From Candidatus Poribacteria bacterium (GTDB lineage: Bacteria; Poribacteria; WGA-4E; PCPOR2b), in contig OZ244042.1 of assembly GCA_965215015.1 (NCBI GenBank), positions 4,224,001-4,288,000 of the forward strand: a stretch of DNA of 64,000 nucleotides, written 5' to 3'. The notes beneath the pieces were generated by a model. The model was not told where the DNA came from. It saw only the letters and a list, made by a program, of their open reading frames with translations, and did no database searches. The position numbers and the translations under genes are program-made. Numbering within the stretch: position 1 is the stretch's first letter; every line of letters begins with the position of its first letter. Below are positions 48,335 through 58,669 of this stretch, piece after piece.

Positions 48335-49228
48335 ATGGGGACACAACCAACCCAGACGCATTATGATGAGGCAATCAAGCACTATACCCAAGCAATTGAA
48401 TTGAAGCCTGATTTTGCAATAGCCTATAACAATCGCGGTATAACTTATTGTGATAAAGGTAAGATTGACTGTGCCATCGCAGATTTTAACAAAGCAATTC
48501 AACTGCAACCGGATTATGCCAGAGCCTATAACAATCGCGGACTTGCTTACCACCATAAAGGAAATTACGATCGGGCAATTGAGGACTTAAACACTGCGAT
48601 AAAATTGGACCCCCAGCTTGCTGAAGCTTATAATAGTCGTGGGCTTGCCTACCGCAACAAAGGCGAGTTGGAGCGCGCCATTCAAGATTATAACAGAGCC
48701 ATAGAACTAAAACCCGATTTTGTCGAGCCCTATAACAATCGTGGGGTAGCTTACGGTAGTAAAGACAATTATGACCAAGCGATTGCAGACTTAAATACTG
48801 CGATAGAACTGAATCCCCAACTTGCTATACCGTATAGCAATCGTGGTCTATTTTACGGTCAAAAGGATGATTATGACCGCGCTTTTGAAGACTTTGATAC
48901 AGCGATGGAGCTGAAACCCAATTATGCCGGCACCTATATCAATCGTGGGTTGACATACTACAAAAAAGGTGAGATTAACTGCGCTATCAAAAACTATACC
49001 CGAGCGATAGAACTGAATTCTCAACTTTCCGTGTCCTATAGCAATCGTGGTGAGGCATGGTTACGTCTGGAAAAATGGGATAAAGCCAGAAAAGATTTGA
49101 CGACCGCCAAGGACATGGGAGAGGATATTATTGCGGCATTTTGTGATAGTCACGAAAGTGTTGCGAACTTTGAGCGAAAATATAAGGTTAAGCTACCGGA
49201 CGACATCGCCGATATGCTGAGGCCCTAA
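48335..49228 (+). CDS. Tetratricopeptide repeat protein (about 7-8 TPRs)
   Basis: 34-aa repeats AYNNRG...AI.D.N.AI.L.P, with its own GGAGG RBS. Confidence 0.9.
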   Translation: MGTQPTQTHYDEAIKHYTQAIELKPDFAIAYNNRGITYCDKGKIDCAIADFNKAIQLQPDYARAYNNRGLAYHHKGNYDRAIEDLNTAIKLDPQLAEAYNSRGLAYRNKGELERAIQDYNRAIELKPDFVEPYNNRGVAYGSKDNYDQAIADLNTAIELNPQLAIPYSNRGLFYGQKDDYDRAFEDFDTAMELKPNYAGTYINRGLTYYKKGEINCAIKNYTRAIELNSQLSVSYSNRGEAWLRLEKWDKARKDLTTAKDMGEDIIAAFCDSHESVANFERKYKVKLPDDIADMLRP

Positions 49229-49414
49229 AGGCTGCTCGTAAACCACTGCAACATGCCCGGAAAGGATTTTGTGATAAAAGGAAAGATTGCCGAAACTCAC
49301 CATAATCGGAAGCAGGGATTCACTATGAAACGCTTCAGCGTTGCCTTTGTGGTTATCCTATCTTCAGAGTTTCAACTCATACCCACTCACTCTATCTACC
49401 CCTACCAAAAAAAC

Positions 49415-49443
49415 TTGCAACAACAAATCGGATCAGGTATAAT
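49415..49443 (+). promoter_or_regulatory. Putative sigma-70 promoter
   Basis: TTGCAA-17 bp-TATAAT. Confidence 0.6.
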
Positions 49444-49509
49444 CAGATGCTAAGGACACAGGCAGCACAAAATCCTTAAATAGGTTATACCTGAAAAGGA
49501 GCCGTCCGC

Positions 49510-49953
49510 ATGTATTCAGGCCAAAATAGCAAACTTGGGTTGCGAATCCTAATCTGCTGTATAGTGACCCTAATGGCAACCGTTTCTCCCGCGCGAGCCG
49601 TCGATCGGTCGCGTGTGCTGACGCTTGGGTTGTTCGCGTCTGGCGTTGCCCTGAAATTCGGAAGTGCCTTCGTTGCCACTTCGGCACAGGACACCTACGA
49701 CCAATACCTATCCAGCGGCATCCAAGCGGACATCACAAAGCATCGAGAGGACTACAGGAGCAAGCGCGACCTAAGCGTTGGGATGTCCCGAACAGGCATT
49801 GGATTTGTTGGGCTTGCAGTACTAATCTCGGTTTTTGACCAATTGGATGTTATCTCCGAATCATCTGCCTCCCGTTCAGTCCGGTTAAGCCTTAAGCCAA
49901 GTTACAATCCACGGACAGGCGAAGCTGCCCTCACCCTTCAACGGAAATTCTGA
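49510..49953 (+). CDS. Hypothetical exported/membrane protein
   Basis: RBS AAGGAG, signal peptide, two hydrophobic helices and C-terminal beta strand ending in F. Confidence 0.7.
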   Translation: MYSGQNSKLGLRILICCIVTLMATVSPARAVDRSRVLTLGLFASGVALKFGSAFVATSAQDTYDQYLSSGIQADITKHREDYRSKRDLSVGMSRTGIGFVGLAVLISVFDQLDVISESSASRSVRLSLKPSYNPRTGEAALTLQRKF

Positions 49954-49957
49954 AGCC

Positions 49958-51085
49958 ATGATACCATCTCCGTTTCGATCGCTAGCTATTTTTATACTCC
50001 TCATTGCAGCGGGGTTCTCCACAGGCTGTACCAATAATGAGGATTTCTCCAACCCGCTCGACCCCCAAAACCTGCGTACCGCCGGCTCACCGGTCGGCCT
50101 AGAGCTCCTCCCGGGCGATGAGCAGGTGATTGTTTCGTGGGAAGACAGTGGCCACGAAGGAATTATTGGGTATCGAATTTATCGGCGATTCACCGGCGAT
50201 GCGGATTCCACGTTTGAGTTTGTTGGGGAGGTACTTGGGGAAAGTGGTGAGCCTCCAGCGACAGAGTTTGTTGATACGCAGGACCTTAAAAACGACCAAT
50301 TTGATGAATTCAGCGGGGCGCGTCACCGTTATATCTATCGAATTTCCTATATTGATGCAAACGGAGTGGAAGTCCCCGATCCGAATGCGCCCCCGACTGA
50401 GGACGAAGAACCACGCCGAATGTGGCAAACAGCCAGTGCAACACCGAGCGTTGCCCCACCTATCCCTAATGTCATTGTTGGCGATGATCTGGATGACCTG
50501 ACGGTTAAACTTTTCTGGCAGGACTATCAGGTACCCAACGACTTTGAGACCTTTCGTGTGATCGTGTCCCAACAAAGTTTGAGCGGTGAATTCTTACCAT
50601 TTCGCCTCCGTGCCGAGCTCCCGAAAGAGCAGCCGTACTTTTTTGATAAGGAATTTGATCGGGATAACCTCACCAAAATTTACCGTGTCATTGCTGTTGA
50701 CCGGTTTGGCGTTGAAGGGGTAAAAGTGATTCAAGCTGCTTCTCCTAACCTACCACCGGCACCGCCGCAAAATGTTCGATTAGCTTTTAACCTTCGAGGG
50801 ACTCGGTATGATGCACACATCTCTTGGTCAAAGAACAGAGAACCGGACGTTGCCGGTTATCTAATCTACGCCACGAAAGAAGCTGGAGGCAATCTTGTTG
50901 TCGGGAAAGATTTGATTCCCCGACGGAGAACGGATGCGAAAGATACGAGAATAACATTGACCGGTGAAGAGTTTATTTTAGACAAGCAAGACCTTGTTCC
51001 CCGGCGATACTTTATCACAGCGTTTGATAATACGCCTCAACGCGATGGCACTCGGGACGAAAGCGGGATGGTTGAGGCACGGTAA
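49958..51085 (+). CDS. Lipoprotein with fibronectin type III-like domains
   Basis: Lipobox STGC, NPLDP, and FN3-like segments (VSW...GYRIYRR, ISWSKN.EPDVAGYLIY). Confidence 0.75.
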   Translation: MIPSPFRSLAIFILLIAAGFSTGCTNNEDFSNPLDPQNLRTAGSPVGLELLPGDEQVIVSWEDSGHEGIIGYRIYRRFTGDADSTFEFVGEVLGESGEPPATEFVDTQDLKNDQFDEFSGARHRYIYRISYIDANGVEVPDPNAPPTEDEEPRRMWQTASATPSVAPPIPNVIVGDDLDDLTVKLFWQDYQVPNDFETFRVIVSQQSLSGEFLPFRLRAELPKEQPYFFDKEFDRDNLTKIYRVIAVDRFGVEGVKVIQAASPNLPPAPPQNVRLAFNLRGTRYDAHISWSKNREPDVAGYLIYATKEAGGNLVVGKDLIPRRRTDAKDTRITLTGEEFILDKQDLVPRRYFITAFDNTPQRDGTRDESGMVEAR

Positions 51086-51107
51086 ATACAGATTTACAAG
51101 GATAGAT

Positions 51108-52103
51108 ATGCACCTTTTTCAAATAACACAACAGCGAATTTTATTGGTTCTCTTCGTTTTTTTACTAGGCACCGGAACACCTCTCTTTGCACAAAGCCCC
51201 CCGGCGACACAGCTCGGTGTGATGCAAACCGCTGATACCTTGGGTAAAGGTGGCTATGTAACATCTTGGGGGATGTTTCAAATCGATAGAAAAAAAATTG
51301 ACACAGCCCCCAAACAACCACAACGCGTGATTATTGGCAATTTTGAGGGATTACATAATGTCGAATTTGATGTTAACACCTTCTTGATACCTGCTCAATT
51401 GATCTACGGCATTGGCGAACGATTGGATCTCCTCCTAGGAGCGACCTTCTCGACCGGCGGCACACACAAGATTGTTCCCGATTTTTATCGGATTGGTGAT
51501 ACCTATGACGCAGAGCAATCACTTGACCCAACGCGAGATCGACGGGTGTATAATCAATCCATCTTTGACCTTGTTGTCGGATTGAAATACAATATCAAGC
51601 CAGACCTACAGGACGGTTTGCCCAGTATATCAATTGGCGGCGACGCACAAGTCGGATTTACCGCCGACGATCAGCTTAACTCCGACAAAGAGTTTCTGGA
51701 CCCTTCACCGGCGGATAGCTTTCCATTTACGGGCATTAACACCTATCTGGTGGGGACACAGAGGTTTGGTCAGTTTATGCGGATGCATGCAGGTGTCGGA
51801 AGTTATCTCTCGTCCAAATCCCTCAAAACATCGGATTCATTTCTGTTGTTCTGGCAGCTTGGGACTGAATTTGCATTCTCTGATAACTTTTGGCTTGTAG
51901 GTGACTTCTCACGAAAGCGTGCCTTCAGCGGCATCACCATCAACGACCTAATCAGCATCGGTTTTCGATACAAACTTTCTGATACAGCAGCGTTTAATAT
52001 CGGCTATGTTACCGAGCCGGGCTTTCAATTTTATCTCACGGTTGGTGGCGGTAAGGGAAGTGCTGTTGTACCAGAAGGCGGCGGAGATGATTTATTGTTT
52101 TAG
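51108..52103 (+). CDS. Putative outer-membrane beta-barrel protein
   Basis: Signal peptide, TADTLGKG, amphipathic strands and C-terminal Phe. Confidence 0.65.
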   Translation: MHLFQITQQRILLVLFVFLLGTGTPLFAQSPPATQLGVMQTADTLGKGGYVTSWGMFQIDRKKIDTAPKQPQRVIIGNFEGLHNVEFDVNTFLIPAQLIYGIGERLDLLLGATFSTGGTHKIVPDFYRIGDTYDAEQSLDPTRDRRVYNQSIFDLVVGLKYNIKPDLQDGLPSISIGGDAQVGFTADDQLNSDKEFLDPSPADSFPFTGINTYLVGTQRFGQFMRMHAGVGSYLSSKSLKTSDSFLLFWQLGTEFAFSDNFWLVGDFSRKRAFSGITINDLISIGFRYKLSDTAAFNIGYVTEPGFQFYLTVGGGKGSAVVPEGGGDDLLF

Positions 52104-52218
52104 CCAGAATGAGGAAATCACAGAGACTATTTAACTCATGCCGTGGAGGGACTGTATCCCCCCACTTAAGTTCCGGTGGGCTGAATAAGCTCGTGCTAAC
52201 GGTTCAAAGGAGAGGACA

Positions 52219-53334
52219 ATGCCAATGTTATTCAAATTCTGGTTTCGTCGGTTGCGCCGTGCAAGCCGTAACCGTCACATTCGGCGCATTACAGTAGCGG
52301 GACTCATCGTTCTGGGTTCCATCATCCTCAATTCCGTATGTTTCTACTTCTTTGAAAAATCAGCGAAAGCGGATCTTACACTTTGGGATTCTTTCTGGTG
52401 CAGTTTTACGACCATAACGACTGTCGGCTATGGGGACTACTCCGCAGCAACGCTCGGCGGACGGATTGCAACGATGGTTTTGCTATATGGGGTTGGACTG
52501 GCTTCGTTCCCCTATGTGATTACTCAAATTGTGGACACAAGCGTGGAAAGGCACAACGATCGACGGCACGGATTCATTGATTGCCGTGATCTTGTTGAGG
52601 ATCATATTATCATCGTCAACTATCCCTCCGAATTGAAGGTCTCCGCAATTATAGAGCAGCTTTCGTCGGATGTAATCACAGCACACAAGCCCCTCGTTAT
52701 CTTGGCGGATAATATCGATGAGTTGCACTTCAACCGTTCCGATGTTTACTTTGTGCGGGGTGGCCCATTACAGGAAGATTCATGGAAAAGGGCAAACATT
52801 GAGATGGCATACGCCGCGCTCATCCTCGCGCCACGGATTGAAGAACACGCGGCTGATGCAATTACAGCCTCGACGGTTTCACTCATTGAAACACTCCAAC
52901 CGAAGGTTCGGACCATAGCCGAATGCACCAGTATCCAACACTTGGCTGTCTTCCGATCTTTCCGATGTGATGCTGTGATTCCCACGAATAATATTGCCGC
53001 AAAAGTATTAGCGCAAGAGGTACGCGATCGTGGGCTTGCTCATGCAGTCCGAGAATTGTTGACCGAAGCACAAGGGAGTGAGTTGTATAGTGAAACCATT
53101 GATATTGATGGAATAAACTTTGGCAATCTGCAATCCTTACTTCTGAAACTGAAAGCGGAAGTTATTCTGATTGGCATCCTCAGAGACAACCAGCACATGA
53201 TTAACCCGTCGTTAGACCTCCAGATTCAGCGGACGGACCGATTAATCCTTATTGGCAATCGTCGTAGCGATTGGGAGCAAATCCATAACCAGTTGTTAAG
53301 TGTCAGAGGTAATTTGACGCAAGTTGCTAGATAG
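52219..53334 (+). CDS. Potassium channel (2TM plus RCK)
   Basis: TTITTVGYGD selectivity filter and C-terminal RCK/TrkA-like domains. Confidence 0.9.
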   Translation: MPMLFKFWFRRLRRASRNRHIRRITVAGLIVLGSIILNSVCFYFFEKSAKADLTLWDSFWCSFTTITTVGYGDYSAATLGGRIATMVLLYGVGLASFPYVITQIVDTSVERHNDRRHGFIDCRDLVEDHIIIVNYPSELKVSAIIEQLSSDVITAHKPLVILADNIDELHFNRSDVYFVRGGPLQEDSWKRANIEMAYAALILAPRIEEHAADAITASTVSLIETLQPKVRTIAECTSIQHLAVFRSFRCDAVIPTNNIAAKVLAQEVRDRGLAHAVRELLTEAQGSELYSETIDIDGINFGNLQSLLLKLKAEVILIGILRDNQHMINPSLDLQIQRTDRLILIGNRRSDWEQIHNQLLSVRGNLTQVAR

Positions 53335-53553
53335 CCTGTTGCACAAGCAGTGATTCATCAATCTATCGTGTATCACTCCAATGCGACATAGATCATCCCA
53401 CTGAGGTTTAAGCAAGTCGCGATTCGGAGATCGCCTGACAGATTAGGAAACTGGTCCCACTGGAAACCGTGTACGTTGTTTGCAGGAGGGAGTTCCGATT
53501 CCCGACTCTTACATCAGTTTCTTTGCACGATTTCTTAACATGAGCCGAAATCG

Positions 53554-54033
53554 CTATGACCCCGGCCGAAAAAACGTTACCAGACAACCGCCGATTGCTG
53601 CTAACACGATGCCGAGGACAAACTGCCAACGTAAAGCCCCCCAGCCTCCTGCAGGCGGATGTAACGCTGTCGCCACCAGTGCGTTGACAATCGGTGCGCC
53701 GGCGAAAACGATGGACATAACCACAGGGGGGGTGCCTTTTGCTCCAAATGCTAAGAGGACGCCGAACGCCCCCACCGCACCCACAAGTCCCGCCAGCGTT
53801 GACCAGACTAACCCCTTCGCCGGAAAACTCCATTGTGCACCGTTGACCACCAACATAATCGCCGATCCGATGACCGCTGTCAATAGATAGGCAATCCCAA
53901 CGAAGAGAAACGCTTTATACCGTCCATGCACCGGATCACTCATAGATATCTGTCCCGTATGCAGAAAGACACCGTAGAGTCCCCACGATGCAACAGTCAT
54001 AAGTGCAAATATTAACCAAGTCATACGCATCAA
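53554..54033 (-). CDS. Small five-TM membrane protein (EamA/DMT-like)
   Basis: Five hydrophobic helices, with WGLYG and GAPIVN motifs. Confidence 0.65.
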   Translation of the reverse strand: MMRMTWLIFALMTVASWGLYGVFLHTGQISMSDPVHGRYKAFLFVGIAYLLTAVIGSAIMLVVNGAQWSFPAKGLVWSTLAGLVGAVGAFGVLLAFGAKGTPPVVMSIVFAGAPIVNALVATALHPPAGGWGALRWQFVLGIVLAAIGGCLVTFFRPGS

Positions 54034-54043
54034 AATCCTCCTA

Positions 54044-55333
54044 TCAGCGGATATACTTTTGATAAATAGCCAGAGTTGCTTCTGCCATCACATCATCGCT
54101 AAATCTGCGATGTACTGCTTCCTTGCCTTGCTGCCCTAATTGTTCTCGGTAGCCTCGATCACCCATGAGTTGAAATATCCCTTCCGCAATAGCGTTGGGT
54201 GATTCGGTGTCTACCAATATGCCCCCACCGGTCGCTGCTACCAATTCGGGGAAGGTGCCGTGGCGTGGTTGAACGACTGGAACGCTATTGGCAAGTGCCT
54301 CTAAAATGAAAAGCCCCTTTGGCTCTTTATATGTGGTCGGTACAGATAAGACATGGAGACTGTTGAGGAAGTCAATTTTTTGGCGACGATCGACTTCGCC
54401 CCAATAGTCAAAGGCTTCTGACAAGCCCCACGCATCGATCTGTTTGACCAGCTGCTCGAGATACGGCTCATCTTTTTTTCCGAGGTAACCGGCGACCTTG
54501 AGTTGAACGTTATCCGATCCGACCCTATCTGTCAAGCGGTAAAACGCATCAACCAACAGATGCAGTCCTTTCTCAGGACAGATGCGGGCTAAATACCCGA
54601 TAACAAAGGGGCTTTCATCGAGCTCCTTTTGATGGACCCCGTGATTGCTCAAATTCAAACCGAGAGGCACCACATCAATTTTGTTCGTTGGAATGTCCAG
54701 ATACTCAGCCATGAAGTCAGCATAGTATTGGCAGGGGGCGATATACCCATCTACCTCAGAGGCCCGCGCTTGCAGTAGTTTCAAGGCTTGTGATTTGTAA
54801 GGTTCGCTGAGGTCTTCGAGAAAAATATCCTCCCCCTGGAGGGCGCAGAGAATTGGAACTCCTAACGCTTTCTGCATCTCCCTGGCGAATCCCACGAACA
54901 TGGAATTGGTGAGTTGAACCAGATCGGGTTGATAGGAATCTTTCAGCCATTTGACCAGTTTTGCCAGTTCCTTTTTCTGCTGTCCTTCTTCTCCCTGAAG
55001 CACCGAGACAGTAAGGGCGCCGAGGTCTTGTGCACTAGTAGACGCACTGAAACGGGATAATCCGTTCAGCAGCGAGGGAGTATCGAATAACCGATCAAAC
55101 ATCCAAGGGGTATAGCGGAATAACGCTGACTTCTGCTGGAGATATACATTAATTCCGCCATAAAAAATGCGATTCATGCTAACATCGGCTTCGTCGGTAC
55201 GGATGGGCGTGTAGGTTGGAATCAAGGCAACGTCGTGCCCCTTCCTTTGCAACACCGCGGCAAGCGTATTATCATGAATACAGGTGCCACAGTACATGCC
55301 TGCGGCCCCTGCGGCGATATAGGCAATTTTCAT
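54044..55333 (-). CDS. Glycosyltransferase family 4
   Basis: IGYLARICPEKG, EPKGLFILEALA and N-terminal GMYCGTC. Confidence 0.88.
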   Translation of the reverse strand: MKIAYIAAGAAGMYCGTCIHDNTLAAVLQRKGHDVALIPTYTPIRTDEADVSMNRIFYGGINVYLQQKSALFRYTPWMFDRLFDTPSLLNGLSRFSASTSAQDLGALTVSVLQGEEGQQKKELAKLVKWLKDSYQPDLVQLTNSMFVGFAREMQKALGVPILCALQGEDIFLEDLSEPYKSQALKLLQARASEVDGYIAPCQYYADFMAEYLDIPTNKIDVVPLGLNLSNHGVHQKELDESPFVIGYLARICPEKGLHLLVDAFYRLTDRVGSDNVQLKVAGYLGKKDEPYLEQLVKQIDAWGLSEAFDYWGEVDRRQKIDFLNSLHVLSVPTTYKEPKGLFILEALANSVPVVQPRHGTFPELVAATGGGILVDTESPNAIAEGIFQLMGDRGYREQLGQQGKEAVHRRFSDDVMAEATLAIYQKYIR

Positions 55334-55563
55334 GATGCGTCAAACATAGAATGTAAAACGTGAAACAGAAATGGATTCCTGAACTTATTTGTAGGTTCCC
55401 CTCGTTCTGGACTGCCAGGTCCAGAGCAATTTTTGGATATGTTAATTCAACGGAGATGTGGAAGATTTTTAGCAACTTGTGAACCTATTTTCTCCGCTGC
55501 TAATGGGAAAAATTTCTAAATTGCAGTTGGATCTAGCAATCTACTTAGTTTGCCCTCCGAGGT

Positions 55564-56376
55564 TCATGGGAGTAAGGCTTCGACGATTGCCAGGAGCTCG
55601 GCTTTCTCGCCGTTAGCGATATCTTCAGATAGGCGAGCAGCAGCAATAGGGAGCTCCCAACGAGCAACCGCTTTACGTGAAACTGACCGTATCTGCGTAT
55701 AACGTTCCAGATAAGCCTGATAGAATAGATGCCGCATCTCGGCAATTTTTTGGCGACGTGGCTCACTTGTGCCAGGCGGTAATACACTGCCTCGAAGGAT
55801 TAAGATTGTGCGAGCAACATCCGCCAACGGGGTTCCTTGGGCGGCGTCCACCCAATCAATAATAACAGGTCCCTCAACCGTTAGCAAGATGTTATCTGGA
55901 TGAAAGTCACCGTGGCAGATAGCATTGTCATCCTGAAACTGATTCAGATTGGTCAAGATGGCTGCTTTCGTCTCTTCGGTTAATGCCGCTGCGTTTTGAA
56001 TTTTACGCTGTATCAGTTGTCGCTGCAAAGGCAGCTTGGATGCAGTGCGCGTGTGCATGTCAACCTGCAATTCTGCTAGGAGATGCGCGTATGAGATGAG
56101 TTTCTGAGGATTAGCGAGTATATCTTCTAGCATGGTTACGCCGTGAACCCTCTCAAAAATGACACCTTGACGGTTTTCAATGATGATGGTATCAATAACG
56201 GCTGGCGTATTCAGGCCAGCACCATGCGCGATAGAGGCCCGGGCGGCTTCCTGCTCGGCTTCGCCAAGTGGATAGCCGTCTCGGTACAATTTGAGAATTT
56301 TATCCTTATCCCAGTCGAAGATTTCGGCGGTTCCTCCTTCGGCAATGCGTGGATGCTTGATCATAGATAACTTCAT
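55564..56376 (-). CDS. Aminoglycoside phosphotransferase/choline kinase-like protein
   Basis: GGTAEI, LKL, CHGDFHPDNI and IIDW. Confidence 0.85.
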   Translation of the reverse strand: MKLSMIKHPRIAEGGTAEIFDWDKDKILKLYRDGYPLGEAEQEAARASIAHGAGLNTPAVIDTIIIENRQGVIFERVHGVTMLEDILANPQKLISYAHLLAELQVDMHTRTASKLPLQRQLIQRKIQNAAALTEETKAAILTNLNQFQDDNAICHGDFHPDNILLTVEGPVIIDWVDAAQGTPLADVARTILILRGSVLPPGTSEPRRQKIAEMRHLFYQAYLERYTQIRSVSRKAVARWELPIAAARLSEDIANGEKAELLAIVEALLP

Positions 56377-56614
56377 CTCTTTGTCGCAACCTATTTAATG
56401 ATTCCCAGACATTCATACGTGCTATCTGGTGATGTATCCTAATTTCTTTGCCAGCTTTTCAGATGTAGAGCTACCGGTATCGCTACACTCTCCAATACTA
56501 AGAGGGAAATGTGAAAACAATTTATTCCTTGGTTCATGAGCGAATTAATGAACCGAGGAGCTCTTGAACAATGTGGAATCGTCTCCCTCACCAACTCGCA
56601 CCAAAGGTTCTATA

Positions 56615-58636
56615 TCATCTCTCCCTGTTTGGCACGGAAATTCTTGAACGCCAGTTAAAAAAAACGATAGCTGCAACGGTGATAAATGCGACTAGCTGTC
56701 CCCAGCCGGAATGGGTAAAAAAGAAAAGCGTGGCGGCGGCAAGTAACCCCACCCGTTTCCACAAATTAAGCGGTGCGAACCAGTGACCGGAAACACTTGC
56801 AGCCAGTGCAACAGTTCCCAAAACAGCGATTAGAACACTTACCGTGATAGCGAGCAAACCGGCGGTGCCTCCACCTGAGGGTAACAGTAACAACTCCGGC
56901 CTCAAGACAAAGGCGTAAGGGAGCGCAAATCCGACCAACGCAAATCGAAATGCAGCAACCCCTGTTTGCATGATACCAGCACCTGCAATGGCTGCCGCCG
57001 TATACGCTGCCAAAGCGACCGGCGGCGTCACCATCGCCATCATGCCAAAATAAAAGATAAAGAGATGGACAGCAAGTGGAACCAATCCTAAATCGCTCAA
57101 TACCGGTCCAACCAATGTCGCCATGAGCAGGTAACACACCGATGATGGCAATCCCATCCCAAGGATGATTGTCGAAACCATCAAGAGGCTAAGTGCAAGG
57201 AGGCGACTGTTTTCCGCAAGGGGTAAAAGGGCTCCCGGTAGTTTCGAGCCAATCCCTGTCAAAGTAACCACACCGAGGATTAGTCCCACGCAAGAAGCCG
57301 CCGCAATCAACGAAACGCCTCCATGTGCTGCCTTTTCCATCGCTTCCAACATTCGACGCATCCCAACCCAAATCTGTCTAGTGAGAAGCAGGAGTGTGTT
57401 TCTAATTAGCGTTCCGATGGACGAAACATCACTGCGGATAACCTGTTTGATAATATCCCAAACCCCACGAATGCCTACCAAGATCAGGATGGTAAGCAAA
57501 CTGAGGCTGACCGCTCGAAATGGCGTATAACCAAGCAGCAAAAAGAGGGTAAGCGTGGTAAACGCCACCAAAAAGACAAATCCTTCTATCCCGGTCTGCG
57601 ACTGAGGGGTTTCAGTCGCGCTTTCTTGGGGAACTTCGGCTGATGCCCCCACCCGCTTGGCATAAAAATGGACAATCAAGAGAAGTGCAGTATAATAAAG
57701 AGCCGCAGGGATTAGGGCAGCCTTGATGATTTGCAGATAGGTCACTGCCGGCTCGACAATTTCCAGCATCATGTAAGCACCCGCACCCATGATTGGCGGG
57801 ACCAATGCCCCACCTGAACTCGCCGCGGCTTCTATACCTCCAGCAACTGCCGGTCTGAACCCGGAACTTCGCATCATTGGGATGGTGAAGGTGCCGGTGG
57901 TGGCAGTATTGGCGACAGCACTGCCAGAAAGCGAGCCCATTGCTCCGCTGCTGACAACGGCAACCTTGGCGGGACCGCCAACGCTCGCACGAAACAAACG
58001 TCTTGCAAAATTGATGATGTAGCCGGTGGATCCTGTTTTCTCCAGTAATGCTCCAAATAGAACAAAGAGGAACACGTAGGTAAACATGACCTTCAAGGCA
58101 ATGCCAAACACCCCTTGGCTGTGTAGAAAGGTCTGGCTGACAATGCGTTCCCAAGAATAACCTCTGTGTGGAAATAGCCAATCGGGCATCGATTGACCGA
58201 AAGCGGCATACGCCAAAAAAGCCAGGGAGAGGACACAAAGGGTCAGGCCGATAGCGCGTCGCGTCGCTTCCAAGACAAGGAGTAGCCCCAATAACCCAAT
58301 GACATAATCCGTGGTAGTTCCCATCCCCGCCCGATCCCCAAGCCGTTGACCGTCAATCCAAAACCGTTTGAAAACGGGTTCCGTTTGAATGAGGATATAA
58401 CCAAAGCCAATCACCGCCGCGAAAGCAAAAACAAAATCTAGGATCTGGAATACAATATATCCTTCAAGCCGACGGTGAATGGGATATTTGAGGAAAACGA
58501 GGACTAAGCCTAACATGGCGAAAATCGCCAGTTGGGCTTGGGGTGAGAGTTGGGGATAGTTGACCTCCGCCAGGATAAATACACTGAGAAGGGCGGCGCA
58601 CGTCCGAAAGAGGATTTGCCGAATATGTTGAAGCAT
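56615..58636 (-). CDS. TRAP transporter fused 4TM/12TM permease
   Basis: GGPAKVAV, SGSAVAN, TGTFTIP, PPIMGAGA, LGMGLP and TPPVALAA. Confidence 0.9.
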   Translation of the reverse strand: MLQHIRQILFRTCAALLSVFILAEVNYPQLSPQAQLAIFAMLGLVLVFLKYPIHRRLEGYIVFQILDFVFAFAAVIGFGYILIQTEPVFKRFWIDGQRLGDRAGMGTTTDYVIGLLGLLLVLEATRRAIGLTLCVLSLAFLAYAAFGQSMPDWLFPHRGYSWERIVSQTFLHSQGVFGIALKVMFTYVFLFVLFGALLEKTGSTGYIINFARRLFRASVGGPAKVAVVSSGAMGSLSGSAVANTATTGTFTIPMMRSSGFRPAVAGGIEAAASSGGALVPPIMGAGAYMMLEIVEPAVTYLQIIKAALIPAALYYTALLLIVHFYAKRVGASAEVPQESATETPQSQTGIEGFVFLVAFTTLTLFLLLGYTPFRAVSLSLLTILILVGIRGVWDIIKQVIRSDVSSIGTLIRNTLLLLTRQIWVGMRRMLEAMEKAAHGGVSLIAAASCVGLILGVVTLTGIGSKLPGALLPLAENSRLLALSLLMVSTIILGMGLPSSVCYLLMATLVGPVLSDLGLVPLAVHLFIFYFGMMAMVTPPVALAAYTAAAIAGAGIMQTGVAAFRFALVGFALPYAFVLRPELLLLPSGGGTAGLLAITVSVLIAVLGTVALAASVSGHWFAPLNLWKRVGLLAAATLFFFTHSGWGQLVAFITVAAIVFFNWRSRISVPNRER

Positions 58637-58669
58637 AATGGTGAAATGAGGAGCGGGTATCGTAATCTA

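Noticed and set aside
48260-48340. Single frameshift joining the FRG and TPR ORFs
   Set aside because: Stops occur in both frames (48313-48315 and 48329-48331), and the TPR gene has its own RBS.
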